A stretch of DNA of 58,418 nt, filler included, from Ionaspis alba (lineage: Eukaryota): NCBI GenBank assembly GCA_964255285.1. It is 6 parts of 6 records of this genome, joined end to end, with 100 filler letters (N's around TTAATTAATTAA, not from the genome) between each part and the next. Parts side by side here need not be neighbours in the genome. Positions count along the whole stretch, not along the records: positions 29,297 to 38,955 come from CAXUUL010000658.1; positions 39,056 to 48,700 come from CAXUUL010000659.1; 4 more parts are not named here. One strand, written 5' to 3'. A program made the position numbers and the translations under genes. Below the pieces are notes generated by a model. It saw nothing but the letters and a program-made list of their open reading frames with translations. It did no database searches and was not told the DNA's origin. Of the stretch, positions 35,130 through 45,971 are shown piece by piece. How positions within the stretch are numbered: position 1 is the first letter of the stretch; each line of letters begins with the position of its first letter.

Positions 35130-36832
35130 TGGGTAGAAGGAGATCTGTGGAACCTGGGGATAAGCCACGCGTTCTAGATCTTAGGGCTTTTTGTCTTGGT
35201 GGACCGAGCTCAGGTGTAGAGCCAGTGGAAACCAGTTGCTGTGACGTATTGTTGTTGTTGTAGATATCTATAGGGAAGCGAAAGTACCATCTGGATTGGG
35301 CTGCACGCTACAGTGTCCCATCTCACAATACATCCACACCCGTATACGAACAATGGCGAGTCTTGGTAGTGAGTGGTCCAACATCTCAATTGACTGCTTG
35401 TGCAAGTACATACTAAGAAATCCCCGGATTTTTGGCCGTTGGACGTGGACCTGCACTAGCAGTCGAGATGATTCCGGTCTACGGCATCAAACTTGGCATT
35501 GACCGTCGAGCACAAGCTGCCGGAGACCCAAGAGAGTATCGACGCGTCCCTTGAAATCTGGAGCATTCTGCGCAACAACAACAATAAATCTTTAATCTCC
35601 GCACATGAAAATCTCGCCGCATCCTTCCCACCAGAAGTGACCGCGCTCTGAAGGATGCCTCAGGCTAAACGGCTCAAACGGCCTCAAGTCCGAATGGACA
35701 ATTAATTACTTTCTAACCTGTGAAAATCGCAACCGGCAATGTCTCCAAAACTCCCTTGAAAGCCTAAGATTGTTCTCGACACTTTCTAGCGCCCGCTGCT
35801 TGCCTGCATCATGCCCAGGATCGGGGAAGAATCGAGCCGGGCGCTTGGGAATTCCTCTTTTAAGGGACTGGCGTTGGGGAATAATGCAGATAATGCGCCA
35901 TGAGCGGATTTGCTGGTTCCCGCACTTGCATGATGGGATGAATGGTGTGGAAGGAGCTGACCAGCGTGTGGGTCAATAATTCTGGAGTGATGGTGTTCAC
36001 CTCCTGCCAGCTCCGATTGACGTGGTATGTCATCTTGGATCTTCCACACACCCGAGGTATTGTTGCTACACCAGCAGTTGCTGGATTGAGCCGCTATGGC
36101 CTGTCGGATAGCCTGGGGCTGACCGAGATTGGTTGAGTAACCGTACCGTATAAGCATGATTGTTGGCTTTTCCTGATCCTAGCAGTCATGATCACCACCA
36201 CCGTCACCATGATTTGGTCAACTTCTCCGGAACCAACGGGGCAATATTGAAGAAGGGAATCCCTAAAAACTTGCGCAGGGGCCAAGCTGATCGCCGTGTC
36301 CATAAGGTACCATCCCGCCGCCAGGGAAGTCCGGAGAAAACAAGCAAAACTCGCCACTCGGGTACCGCCAAGCTTGTTCCCAACACCGGTGCCAGACCAT
36401 TGGTCGGAGGCGCTGCTCTGGACCGGCCGATCAGCGCCGTTCAACAAGCCAGTCGGCGCGTGTGGGTGTGGCCGACCTCAAACGCTCCGTAGTGTTCATG
36501 CTAGAATATTTCCCCTAACCATGGTTTACCTACCCGATGTTGTGGCTCTCTTCTGATGGGGCCACCGATCCAGGGATCAGGCTGACGGCTTCCCGGGTCA
36601 TGTGTCGTCAGGGTGTTGCTCATCGGTCCGCCGGTTGTGGAGGTGGGCTGGAGCTTCGACGCCTTAATGGAGCTTCCTACGCGCCTGATTTGCTTGATGC
36701 GTATGTCGAGGTGGTGTGTGCGTTCCGCGGACAACTGTCACGAGGCTGTCTTAAAGGGCAATTGAGCCTCTGCTATTCCGTGTCTTGAACTGGCTGATTA
36801 TTATTGGTGGTGTGCTGCGTTTATTGGTCGTC

Positions 36833-37513
36833 ATGGCGTTGCATATGTTCGACGACTTCTCCTTCTCGTCTTCCAGACGACAGAGCTACTACTACTCCTC
36901 CTCCACAATGACCGACAATATCTCTCCCACCAGCTCTCGCAGTCCTTCGCCGCCTCCTCGATCGAGACCTCCGACACATATCTCTGTCGCTGAGCTGTCG
37001 GAGCAGCTGAATAGTCATACCATCGAGCCTCGCAAATCTCCTCGTTACCGCGAAAGCTCTTCCTCACTCCGATCCTCTTCCAAGCAACCATCATCCCCTC
37101 GAACTCATTCAAATGGTGTCCGGCAACATCGTCACCGACTCACACGTCGTCAATGCAGCTCCTCTCACCTGCACCAAATGGCAGCTCTAGCAGAACAACT
37201 ACTCCAACAGCGGGACCCATCATGCTGCTCTCCTGATACCTACTCTACCACCACAACATCCGCCTATCCCTTTCCCAATATGATTGCCTCCGTCTCCGAC
37301 TCGCCATCCTCCATGTTCCTCGACGAAAACTCACCTCCTTCTCTGACCTCCTCTGCTGAAGACAGTGAATCCGATCCTCTCATCTCGTTTACCAAATATG
37401 GCTCTCAGTTGGCGCAGGATGCACGGAGTCCTGGATCTTGCGATCCGAGGTTGAAAACGAGGAATGTGGTGGAGAAGACGATAAGGATGAGGAAGAGAGC
37501 AATAAGGAAGTGA
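36833..37513 (+). CDS. Ser-rich fungal hypothetical protein
   Basis: Uninterrupted 226-aa frame from ATG; short structured-looking blocks FDDFSF, ISVAELSEQL, RRQCSSSHL, and basic C-terminus VEKTIRMRKR. Confidence 0.65.
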   Translation: MALHMFDDFSFSSSRRQSYYYSSSTMTDNISPTSSRSPSPPPRSRPPTHISVAELSEQLNSHTIEPRKSPRYRESSSSLRSSSKQPSSPRTHSNGVRQHRHRLTRRQCSSSHLHQMAALAEQLLQQRDPSCCSPDTYSTTTTSAYPFPNMIASVSDSPSSMFLDENSPPSLTSSAEDSESDPLISFTKYGSQLAQDARSPGSCDPRLKTRNVVEKTIRMRKRAIRK

Positions 37514-38082
37514 TACTAGTTTCGGTGTGGATTGGCAGATATATACATTGGATAGGGAGTGGATGAGTTTGATATATTAGGGACACGGGATTTGTAAGGG
37601 ATATGGATCTGGAGTCGGGCTGTGCCTGGCGTTTGGAGTGGATGGCGGCTACGATATTGAAAGTGGTGTATAAAAAAAGGCTCGAAGTCGGTGGCTGGCA
37701 TAGTAGCAGGAAGGGTGATATAGGAATTACAAAAGGTGGAAAAAGAGGATAAGCTGGACTCATGCCGGAGCGAATGCTCGGCCAATACTAGAGAACATTG
37801 GGATCAGATCCCGAAGGCAGACAGTCTGTCATAGAAAACAAAACTGAGAGACCTTTCATACTTGCCTTTACCAGACATTCCCGTAACACTGTATTGTATC
37901 CCATACTCAAGTCTAATATGTACCTTGAACAAATAAGCCCTAACCTCAAAAGTCTTGGCGCAATCATCTGATATAATTCTTTCCTATGTATTCGACTTTC
38001 AACAGCCATCGACCGAACATATTGGACTCCCTAGTAGCAGCTCTCCCTCCTCCACCCGCTCCTTCCGCCTTCTCCTCTCCCA

Positions 38083-38955
38083 ATGGCAACCACAAACCGC
38101 ATCGCCAAATCCGTCGCCGGCCGCGCAATCCACATCAAAATTCACCCCCGGCCCCGCACCATCAGCGAAAGCCGCGAGGTCTTACGTGTACTGGAACAGT
38201 ATGGCGAAGTGGTCATGTTCAAGAATCTCAAGGTAAGCTTCTGCCGAGCTCATTCCTGCTCAATGGCTGGAAAACTACGAGCGCCTGGCTTCTCCGCCGC
38301 TCGTCCACCTTCTCTGTCTGGCTGTTTTTCGTAGCATGGTCACAGATGATACGAGCTGATTGAACGTGTGCACGCAGTACGAGCCCCAAGCTCCGGCGCC
38401 CAACACCGCCCTCGCCATCTACAAGCAAGTCGAAGCAGCGGAACGAGCTATGCGCGCCAGTCCCTTGCGCTTTACTGTCGGAGAAGCTCGTAGTGTACAG
38501 GAACTAGGTGTTGACACCTCTGACGGGTCGCCGCAGTATACAGCTACCGAGGAGCGAAAAGAGATGGGCACGCATACGAAAGATAGACAGGAGGCTGTGA
38601 AGGAAGTGGGGCCAATGGAGAGACTGGTGGAGCGGGTGGTTGGGCGTGTGGAGGAGGATGAGGAGGAGGGATTGGTGCGGGATACAGCGGGGCTTTGGCA
38701 GGAGGGGAATACAGAAGATGGAGAGGAAGATACTGGTTCGAAAGGGAGCTGGGCTGAGAGTGGAGGGGAAATAGCGCCTTGGGAGACGGCCTTCTCACGA
38801 AAGCGAGCTTCTCGGCCACCACAACCTGATACCCCACCGGCAGCACCCAGCACCATTCGAACCACTTCTGCTACTCCTCCGCCAGCCCATACCAGCCCTC
38901 TGCCAACCTCTAACCCCGACCCCAGCCCCCTACCCAACAGACCGAACAACGACTC
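38083..38955 (+). CDS. Fungal hypothetical protein with degenerate RRM-like N-terminal domain (3' truncated)
   Basis: RAIHIKIHPRPRTISESREVLRVLEQYGEVVMFKNLK, GTAAGC...CAG intron (about 38233-38377), YEPQAPAPNTALAIY...AMRASPLRF. Confidence 0.7.
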
Positions 38956-39055
38956 NNNNNNNNNNNNNNNNNNNNNNNNNNNNNNNNNNNNNNNNNNNNT
39001 TAATTAATTAANNNNNNNNNNNNNNNNNNNNNNNNNNNNNNNNNNNNNNNNNNNN
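38956..39055. other. Artificial contig linker
   Basis: N44-TTAATTAATTAA-N44. Confidence 0.98.
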
Positions 39056-39632
39056 TCGATTGATTCTCTGGGTTCGTCCTGTAGGTCGGACTTGGACTAG
39101 GTGTCCTTGGACTTACCCCATTCCCAAACTTGGGTACAACAAGAAGTCCTCTAGGATGGAAGAAACCCTCGTTCCATTCAGATATGATAGCTTCAGTCTT
39201 TTGTCGACGTATTTCGGACTCTTCGATTGCCTTTGGCGTTCTCGCTCCGAAAGTTTTGCTCTGGATGGATGGTTCCAGTTCACTAAGGAGATAATTGACG
39301 AAAGTCGCCCAATCTTGATTTGTGACATCTCGGAATTCCCAATCATGCACGTAGCTGGGTATCGGGACTTCGTCTCTGGTTGTATGAGGTCCAAGCCCAA
39401 GCTCTATTTTAATTGGAGTATCAGAGAACCAGTGGGGATACGGTCGGGTCTCGAAGTATGAGGCTGCTGATGAGAGGGATTGTTCTTGTGCTTCGTCAAC
39501 GCCGGCAAAGTAGCCACCACGAATAGACGCTTCAGTAGAAGAGTTGAGAAGATGCTCTTGCCGCGAGTCATCTGAAGTAGGAGTTAGGGGATCACGAGGG
39601 GAGTATGGTGGAGGTGGTGGAAGGTCATCCAT
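39056..39632 (-). CDS. Fungal hypothetical protein with PPPY motif (3' truncated)
   Basis: MDDLPPPPPYS, SAASYFETRP, RDVTNQDWATFVNYLL, ISEWNEGFFHPRGL; frame open to the contig edge. Confidence 0.7.
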
Positions 39633-40683
39633 AATTTCACAGAAATGCGATGTCAGAGAAGTTTTTTTCGCACCCTGAGGCACTTCTAGTAGATAATAGA
39701 TCGGATTCACAGTTACAAATCCAGGAGAATGACGGTGTCAAAGATTTCTTTATCAGATGAAGCAGGCAGCCTCGCCATAAACACGGCGTTATGTATAACG
39801 AGCCCCTCCCTCGCGGTCAAGGCTAGGCCGACCGCACCATATGCATGTCAGACAGTCCGTACCGGGATGATCGTGGATATCCAGGCTCGAAGGATTGAGA
39901 GCTGTTGGTGGACAGCCAATGGAAGATCACGATAACAAGCAGTGTGGGATGAAGCTGAAGTGGCCCTGCCGCGCGGCCTTGCTCTGGGGTGACGAAGACG
40001 GGCTTTTACGCTTCCGCTTGACTGTGATTACGGCCGGACAGGCCGACTCTTACCGATGCTTGGGTCAACGAGGCTCAATGCTCGAAGAATCAACCGTCGA
40101 CTGAACGTATCTGATCCAATTGTCTCGTGAGATATCGAGAACGATTAGGACGATGGAAATTTCTGCTTTAGATTCACGATTCGGTATTTAGACGAAGTTA
40201 AAGGACCTCACATGAGGACGCCTACTAGGACTGTAAGGATAGTTCTAAATAGATCAGCTGATTGAAGATGCAAATATCACGTTGTTGAGCAAAGATTGTA
40301 TCAAATCATCATTGCATCCACCAGTCTACCTAAACAAAACGCACATCGCGATCGCGGGTGATAACAACACAAACTCCCAGGTCTCAACCACGAAGACAAT
40401 CTAGACCTTCAAAACTTCCACTCCTCTCAACGCCAAAACAATCTGTATGTAAGCACTCAAATGAGCCAAGCCAAAAAAAAAAGCCATGTCTATCGTGCAA
40501 AAGCATGTCTTCCAATCCACCAAAAGAGTCTGCAATCATCAAACCATTCCGTCTCGTCCAAGTCCCATCCATAGTCAGTGCCATGCCAAAGTAGTACCAT
40601 CGTATGCACATGAATCGAAGCAACGCCGTAGTATACAAGAAGCGATCAGTATGCGATACGCTCTTCCTCATCCTCATCTCACC

Positions 40684-43600
40684 TCATTCCTCCACGCTCT
40701 CCTCACTGTCCGAGTCGTAGGCGTAAGAGTGAGCAGCCTTATCCTTGAGCAAGTCTTCCGACCCATCATCGCCCTTGCCCTGACCCTCACCGTTTTCATC
40801 TCCGAACAACTCGAGCATCGCTTCGTCCATAGCGGCATCGAGTTCGTCGACAGGTGCAGCATTTTGCTCAACCTCGGACGCTTCGTCGTCATTGCCGCCA
40901 TCCTCAGACTCGGAAGCGGACTCGGAAGAAGACTCGTCGCTGTAGAGGTGTCGACGAAGCTGGCGGTCGCGCTCCTTCCTCTCCTTGAGCTCACGCTTGT
41001 TGCGAGCGTCGATGCGAGCAGCGACTTCGGGAGAACAGGTCTGAGCAGTGGCAAGAGTTGTGGTCGCCGTTGGCGCCTTCTCGTAGGCGGCAAGCTGTTT
41101 CTTGATGAGCTTGATCTGAGCGTCTTGCATCTTCTCGTAGTTCTTGCGAGCCTTTTTCTTCTCAGCCTGCTCGAGCTTTGCCTGCCTGACCGCTTCGGCC
41201 TGCTTCGCCTTTTCGGCAGCTTTGGCGAGAGCAATCTTCTCCCGTTCTGCCTTCTTCTCCGCTAGGCGCTTATCTTTTTCGGCTTGGACCCGAGCCTCCT
41301 TGGCTTTCTTCTCCTGCTCTTCTCTGAGTGCCTTTGCAGCCTGGCGGTCATGTTGGCGACTCAGCTCAGACTGCCGAGCGCGCGGAAGTTCAAGGCGTTG
41401 TTGCTGTGCGGCCTCACGAGCTTTCTTGGCCTCCCATTTCTTCTTGTCTTCCAAGGCTCGCTTCTCATTCTCCTCTGCCTCCCGGTCTCGTCTCATTTGG
41501 TTGTCCTGAGCGATGCGCGCTCGGCTCAGCCTGGCTGCCTCGCCCTTACGCTCTTTGAGCATGCGAGCTTGCTCAGCACGATGTTCTTGAAGCTCTCGGT
41601 CAGCCTCAAGCTTCTCTTGCTCGAAAGTGTGCTGCATTTGCACTCGCTCGGCCCTCTGACGGTCCAGCTCTGCGTCCTCGGCAATGCCGCGTAGCAGCAT
41701 GTCTTCGAGAGATTCTCCAAGCAGGGAGTCCTGTTGCGTCTTTTCAACCTCGGTTTGATTTTGTCGTTGACGCTTCGGCGTGCTTGATTCAGCCGTCTGA
41801 ACGTCACCAGGTTGCTTTCGTTTGATGCCAGTGACATTGCTTGGCGAGGTAGACGAGCTTTCTGATGTCTCGCGAGACATTTCCGGTGTGATAAGCCCGG
41901 TGTCCATCACTGGAGAATCATCGGAACCCGTCAGATCAATGGTGATCTGCTGATTTGGAGCCGGTGCGACGGGCTGTCCGTTGGCTCTGGCAGTCGTCTG
42001 GACAGACAAAGGCTGTTGACGTCGGTTCGCAGAGTTGCTCGCCAGTGGGTTGCGAGAAAGAGCATGAGATGTGGACCTTAGAGATCCACAGGCCAAGGTG
42101 TTCTGAGCAGGTGGTGCTATAGCAGCACCGTGCATTCTGAGGACCTCTCTATCAGTGTGCTGAGGAAGCGGCTCTCGCTGCAGACCCCGAAAGACATCCG
42201 TGTACCTCTTGATTTGAGCTCTGAGCAATTGATTCTCATTTTTGAGCTTTGCGTCGTTGATCTTGTACTGCCCGATGTCTCGAATTGCGATACCAAATAG
42301 TGTCCGTATCTCGGAGAGACGTGAGATACCCTTTCCAGGCAGGACTCTCAACCAAGGTCCAGCAAATTGCTGGAGATAGTCATATTTATTCGAAAGCTCA
42401 TTAAGCTTCTCTTCAGCTGCCTTCAACATCTGCCGCGATGTCTCTAGCTCCTTCTCGAGGCGGGAAGCGTTCTGGTGAGCCTGAGTACTCTCGGCGATGG
42501 CAGCCTTCTTGCTAATCTGGAGGAAGCCGAGAAACCTATCTCTGAGAACTTTGTTGTTGATCATCTGCTCGAACGTTGGTATAAACACATGTGAAAGCTC
42601 CTCAGACCTCTGAGCATTTTGTTGTTGCTGCTGCTCCTGATAGGTTGAAAAGTTATTGGCCGTGATTGACTGCTGCTGACTGCTGTCGGGATGGAACGCG
42701 GGAGGTATTGCGACAGTTTCAGGTACATCTGTGTGTTGAGCGCCTTGAATATGCATAGCACGATGACTCTTATCGACGCAGGGGAATTGAGAAGGCATGC
42801 TCGCGTTGTTGGATGTGCCAGAACGCTCGGAGTGTTGAGTATGCATGGCTGGCTGGTGCACACGAACAGGACGAGAAGTATGAGAGGTGGGCGCTTCTTG
42901 GTCGAGTCCTACTTCGTTATGAGGTTGCTGAAGTTGACCGAAGGCGAGCGCCTGCTGTGGTGGCATGGGTGCAGGTGGTAGGGGGGAACAGGAGTGTTGA
43001 CCTTGACCCACGATTTGCTGGTGAGCACCACTGTCGGAGCGAAAGCCAGGGGACATGGGCTGTGGTATCGCTGGACTCATGAGACCCAATTCCATCGGGT
43101 TATTGGTCGGCGTGCCTGTCATGGTGGACTGATTGGCATTATATGTGCTGGTTTGAGTCAAGTCCCCAAAGGCCTCGTCGAAGTCGAAGTTTTGGAAATC
43201 GATCATTGCGTTATCGAACTGAGGCGATAGAAGGGACATGGTATCGTTGAGCTTGAAGGTACTGGACGAGAAGATTTGCGACGAGCTGCAGTACAGGTTG
43301 CTGAGGACCTGATGTGCTTGAAGATTCAGAGGTTGATTTAAGCTCACACGACGTAATCCAGGACTCAATGGAATGCTCGAAGTACTGTGCTTGAAATGAT
43401 GAATTGAGGAAGTGCTTGAGCTTAACTGAGCAATGCTGTCTGTAGAAGAAGTGTTTGATGAAACTGGTGTTGAGAGTTGTTCGATGTAGTCTGGTGAAGA
43501 GTGAGACGATGGAGAAGAAGTTGAGCTTTCTGTGGGTGTTACAAGCGATGCTAATCGCGCTTGTGATGGTTCTGCCAGCCACCCATTTTCTGGCTCTCCA

Positions 43601-44058
43601 ACGCCATTGGTCCAAATTGATTGATTCACATCGCGTTTTTCGGGTAGCCCATGGTTGAGGCCCACACAGACTTCGGTTACATGGCTAGATCGGCCACTCA
43701 GAGGCCTAGTTAGAGACGTGCAAGCCTGGGAGACCACTGCTGTTGCATCACACAGCCCCCAGTTCTTAGGACTGGAGCTAGCGGACACAATATGCACGCT
43801 CGATACATCTCGGCCAACACCCTCATCTTGCATCACACTCGGCAGCCTCGACGACGGTAGTCCATGCTCTTCTCCAGTGCATAGTGCATTAAGACTAGAA
43901 TTCTGCACCCTTCTATGTGTCTGTAATCCAGGGAGAAGTGTAAGCCCCAGATCGTGCCCGATTATCCCGTTCTCATGGACTGGGTCTGAAGAAGCATAAT
44001 TACCTTCTTTTCCCTCGACCATCCCCTTCTTCTTGAGTGAAAGGGACGTCTTCTCCAT
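40684..44058 (-). CDS. Large intronless low-complexity/coiled-coil hypothetical protein (start uncertain: 44058 or 43239)
   Basis: 3.4 kb stop-free frame; Ser-rich, Gln-rich, central coiled coil, long E/K/R/A helix, acidic tail; no recognisable domain. Confidence 0.7.
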   Translation of the reverse strand: MEKTSLSLKKKGMVEGKEGNYASSDPVHENGIIGHDLGLTLLPGLQTHRRVQNSSLNALCTGEEHGLPSSRLPSVMQDEGVGRDVSSVHIVSASSSPKNWGLCDATAVVSQACTSLTRPLSGRSSHVTEVCVGLNHGLPEKRDVNQSIWTNGVGEPENGWLAEPSQARLASLVTPTESSTSSPSSHSSPDYIEQLSTPVSSNTSSTDSIAQLSSSTSSIHHFKHSTSSIPLSPGLRRVSLNQPLNLQAHQVLSNLYCSSSQIFSSSTFKLNDTMSLLSPQFDNAMIDFQNFDFDEAFGDLTQTSTYNANQSTMTGTPTNNPMELGLMSPAIPQPMSPGFRSDSGAHQQIVGQGQHSCSPLPPAPMPPQQALAFGQLQQPHNEVGLDQEAPTSHTSRPVRVHQPAMHTQHSERSGTSNNASMPSQFPCVDKSHRAMHIQGAQHTDVPETVAIPPAFHPDSSQQQSITANNFSTYQEQQQQQNAQRSEELSHVFIPTFEQMINNKVLRDRFLGFLQISKKAAIAESTQAHQNASRLEKELETSRQMLKAAEEKLNELSNKYDYLQQFAGPWLRVLPGKGISRLSEIRTLFGIAIRDIGQYKINDAKLKNENQLLRAQIKRYTDVFRGLQREPLPQHTDREVLRMHGAAIAPPAQNTLACGSLRSTSHALSRNPLASNSANRRQQPLSVQTTARANGQPVAPAPNQQITIDLTGSDDSPVMDTGLITPEMSRETSESSSTSPSNVTGIKRKQPGDVQTAESSTPKRQRQNQTEVEKTQQDSLLGESLEDMLLRGIAEDAELDRQRAERVQMQHTFEQEKLEADRELQEHRAEQARMLKERKGEAARLSRARIAQDNQMRRDREAEENEKRALEDKKKWEAKKAREAAQQQRLELPRARQSELSRQHDRQAAKALREEQEKKAKEARVQAEKDKRLAEKKAEREKIALAKAAEKAKQAEAVRQAKLEQAEKKKARKNYEKMQDAQIKLIKKQLAAYEKAPTATTTLATAQTCSPEVAARIDARNKRELKERKERDRQLRRHLYSDESSSESASESEDGGNDDEASEVEQNAAPVDELDAAMDEAMLELFGDENGEGQGKGDDGSEDLLKDKAAHSYAYDSDSEESVEE

Positions 44059-44499
44059 CGTCCAGCGATCACCCACCTATCCTCCTCCTACGCGTTCGCC
44101 AAGTTTCACAGGTCTGGTACGCGTGAGATACCATTCTTTTAAATGTCGCACTTCGACCTCCACTTGGCTAGTCTTGGAGCTTCAGGTCTCTCTTATGTCC
44201 TACGATTGATCTTGGTTTATCATGATATACTCCAAGGTGGCACAGTGACTCTTTGCAATCGATTGTCACATGGCGCAGACAAAAGTCTATATGTATTGAG
44301 GTTTGGACCGATGATTGAGGTCAATAACACAATTCGCGTATCGTCAATCGCGCCTAATTTATGAACACGCGCAGGATTTATGCGTTAACGCGTCCAATGG
44401 ACATCCCACTTCACTTCATACATTAAACAATAGCCTCGATCCCGCCATCGAGATGTTGTAGAAGGCTGAACGTCCATAGTCCTGAAGTAAGTTGTAGAC

Positions 44500-45656
44500 A
44501 TGTCTGTTATCTTATGTACTGGTATGCAAACACAAATCGGAGAGCGAAATGCTGCCAATCGCGGTACACGGCACATCAACTGACATTACCTTCAGCCGGT
44601 TACGATCATACAATCCGCTTTTGGGAAGCGCTCTCGGGGATTTGCTCCAACACAATCTCGCACCCGGACTCACAAGTCAACCGGTTATGCATCTCACCCG
44701 ACAAACGCTATCTCGCCGCTGCAGGTAACCACAATGTCAAGCTCTACGATATCCGCAGCGCAAGCCAGTCTCCATCTCTCACCTTCGAAGGTCATACTGG
44801 GAATGTGACTGGTGTCGCTTTTCACTGTGAGGGTAAATGGATGGTCACTAGTTCTGAGGATGGTACCGTTAAGATCTGGGAGACCCGTACTGGTACTGTA
44901 CAGCGAAACTACTCTCATGGCAGCCCCGTAAACGACGTCGTGATCCATCCGAATCAAGGAGAGCTCATCAGCTGTGACCGCGGCGGCAACGTCCGAATCT
45001 GGGACCTCGGAGAGAACAAATGTACCCACCAACTCATTCCCGAAGAAGATGTCTCCGTCGCAAGCGTCACGGTCGCAACTGACGGGACTCTACTCTGCGC
45101 TGGCAACAACTCGGTATGTTTCTGCTCAACTTATATTTCCATCTTGTGGCAGCCGAATTTAACTGACATAGCCTCTTAGGGCAACGTCTACGTCTGGCGC
45201 ATGATGCAAGACCAAGATATGACCTCGCTCATTCCTGTAACATCCTTCCAAGCCCACAACGCATACATCACACGCGTCCTCCTCTCACCCGATGTGCGTC
45301 ACCTAGCCACTTGCTCTGCCGACCACAACGCTCGCATCTGGGCCGTCGACTCGAATTCGCAGAACCAAGACCCCGACAACCCAACTCCCGCGCCAGTCTA
45401 TCAAAACCTCCCCCCTGAACTCAAGAACTCCGATCGTCCACCTGGAGCCTTTCCCTTAGAGACGAGTCTCACAGCCCATCAGCGATGGGTGTGGGATTGT
45501 GCATTCAGTGCTGATAGTGCATACTTGGTTACGGCTTGCTCTGATCACTACGCTCGACTTTGGGAGCTTAACACTCAGGCCATCATTAGGCAATACAATG
45601 GTCACCACAGAGGTGCGGTCTGTGTCGCTCTGAACGATTACTCGGAGACCAGATGA
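44500..45656 (+). CDS. LST8: TOR complex WD40 subunit Lst8
   Basis: MSVILCT|AGYDHTIRFWEALSGIC, HPDSQVNRLCISPDK, GKWMVTSSEDGTVKIW, HQRWVWDCAFSADSAYLVTA, GHHRGAVCVALND; two introns. Confidence 0.97.
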
Positions 45657-45971
45657 AATTGAATATGATGGAAGAATCCTGTATGATTCTGTGTACCAAT
45701 GGTTGGTATTTGTGGTCGTCTGTAATTGGTACTGGTAATGCATGTGAATTTATGAACGTAACGACTCGTCATGTTAAGCTCAGGGTTTCAGCGATGGCGC
45801 ATTTGGGAGATACTCGATCTGTACTAGATGTTCTAATGGCTCAGAGAGTGTGAATTCAGTCTATGGCACGTCATCGACTACCAAATACGGGGTATCTACT
45901 AAACATGCTACCAGGTCAATGAATCCAAGTAAACGCCAAGCTGACCATGCTCATGCTATCCAATGCGGTCT

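Noticed and set aside
40486..41265. Long antisense or alternative-frame ORFs (also 8326-9129, 8948-9652, 6298-6906, 32454-33095, 56267-56968)
   Set aside because: Shadows of real CDSs produced by codon bias and low complexity; no independent motifs
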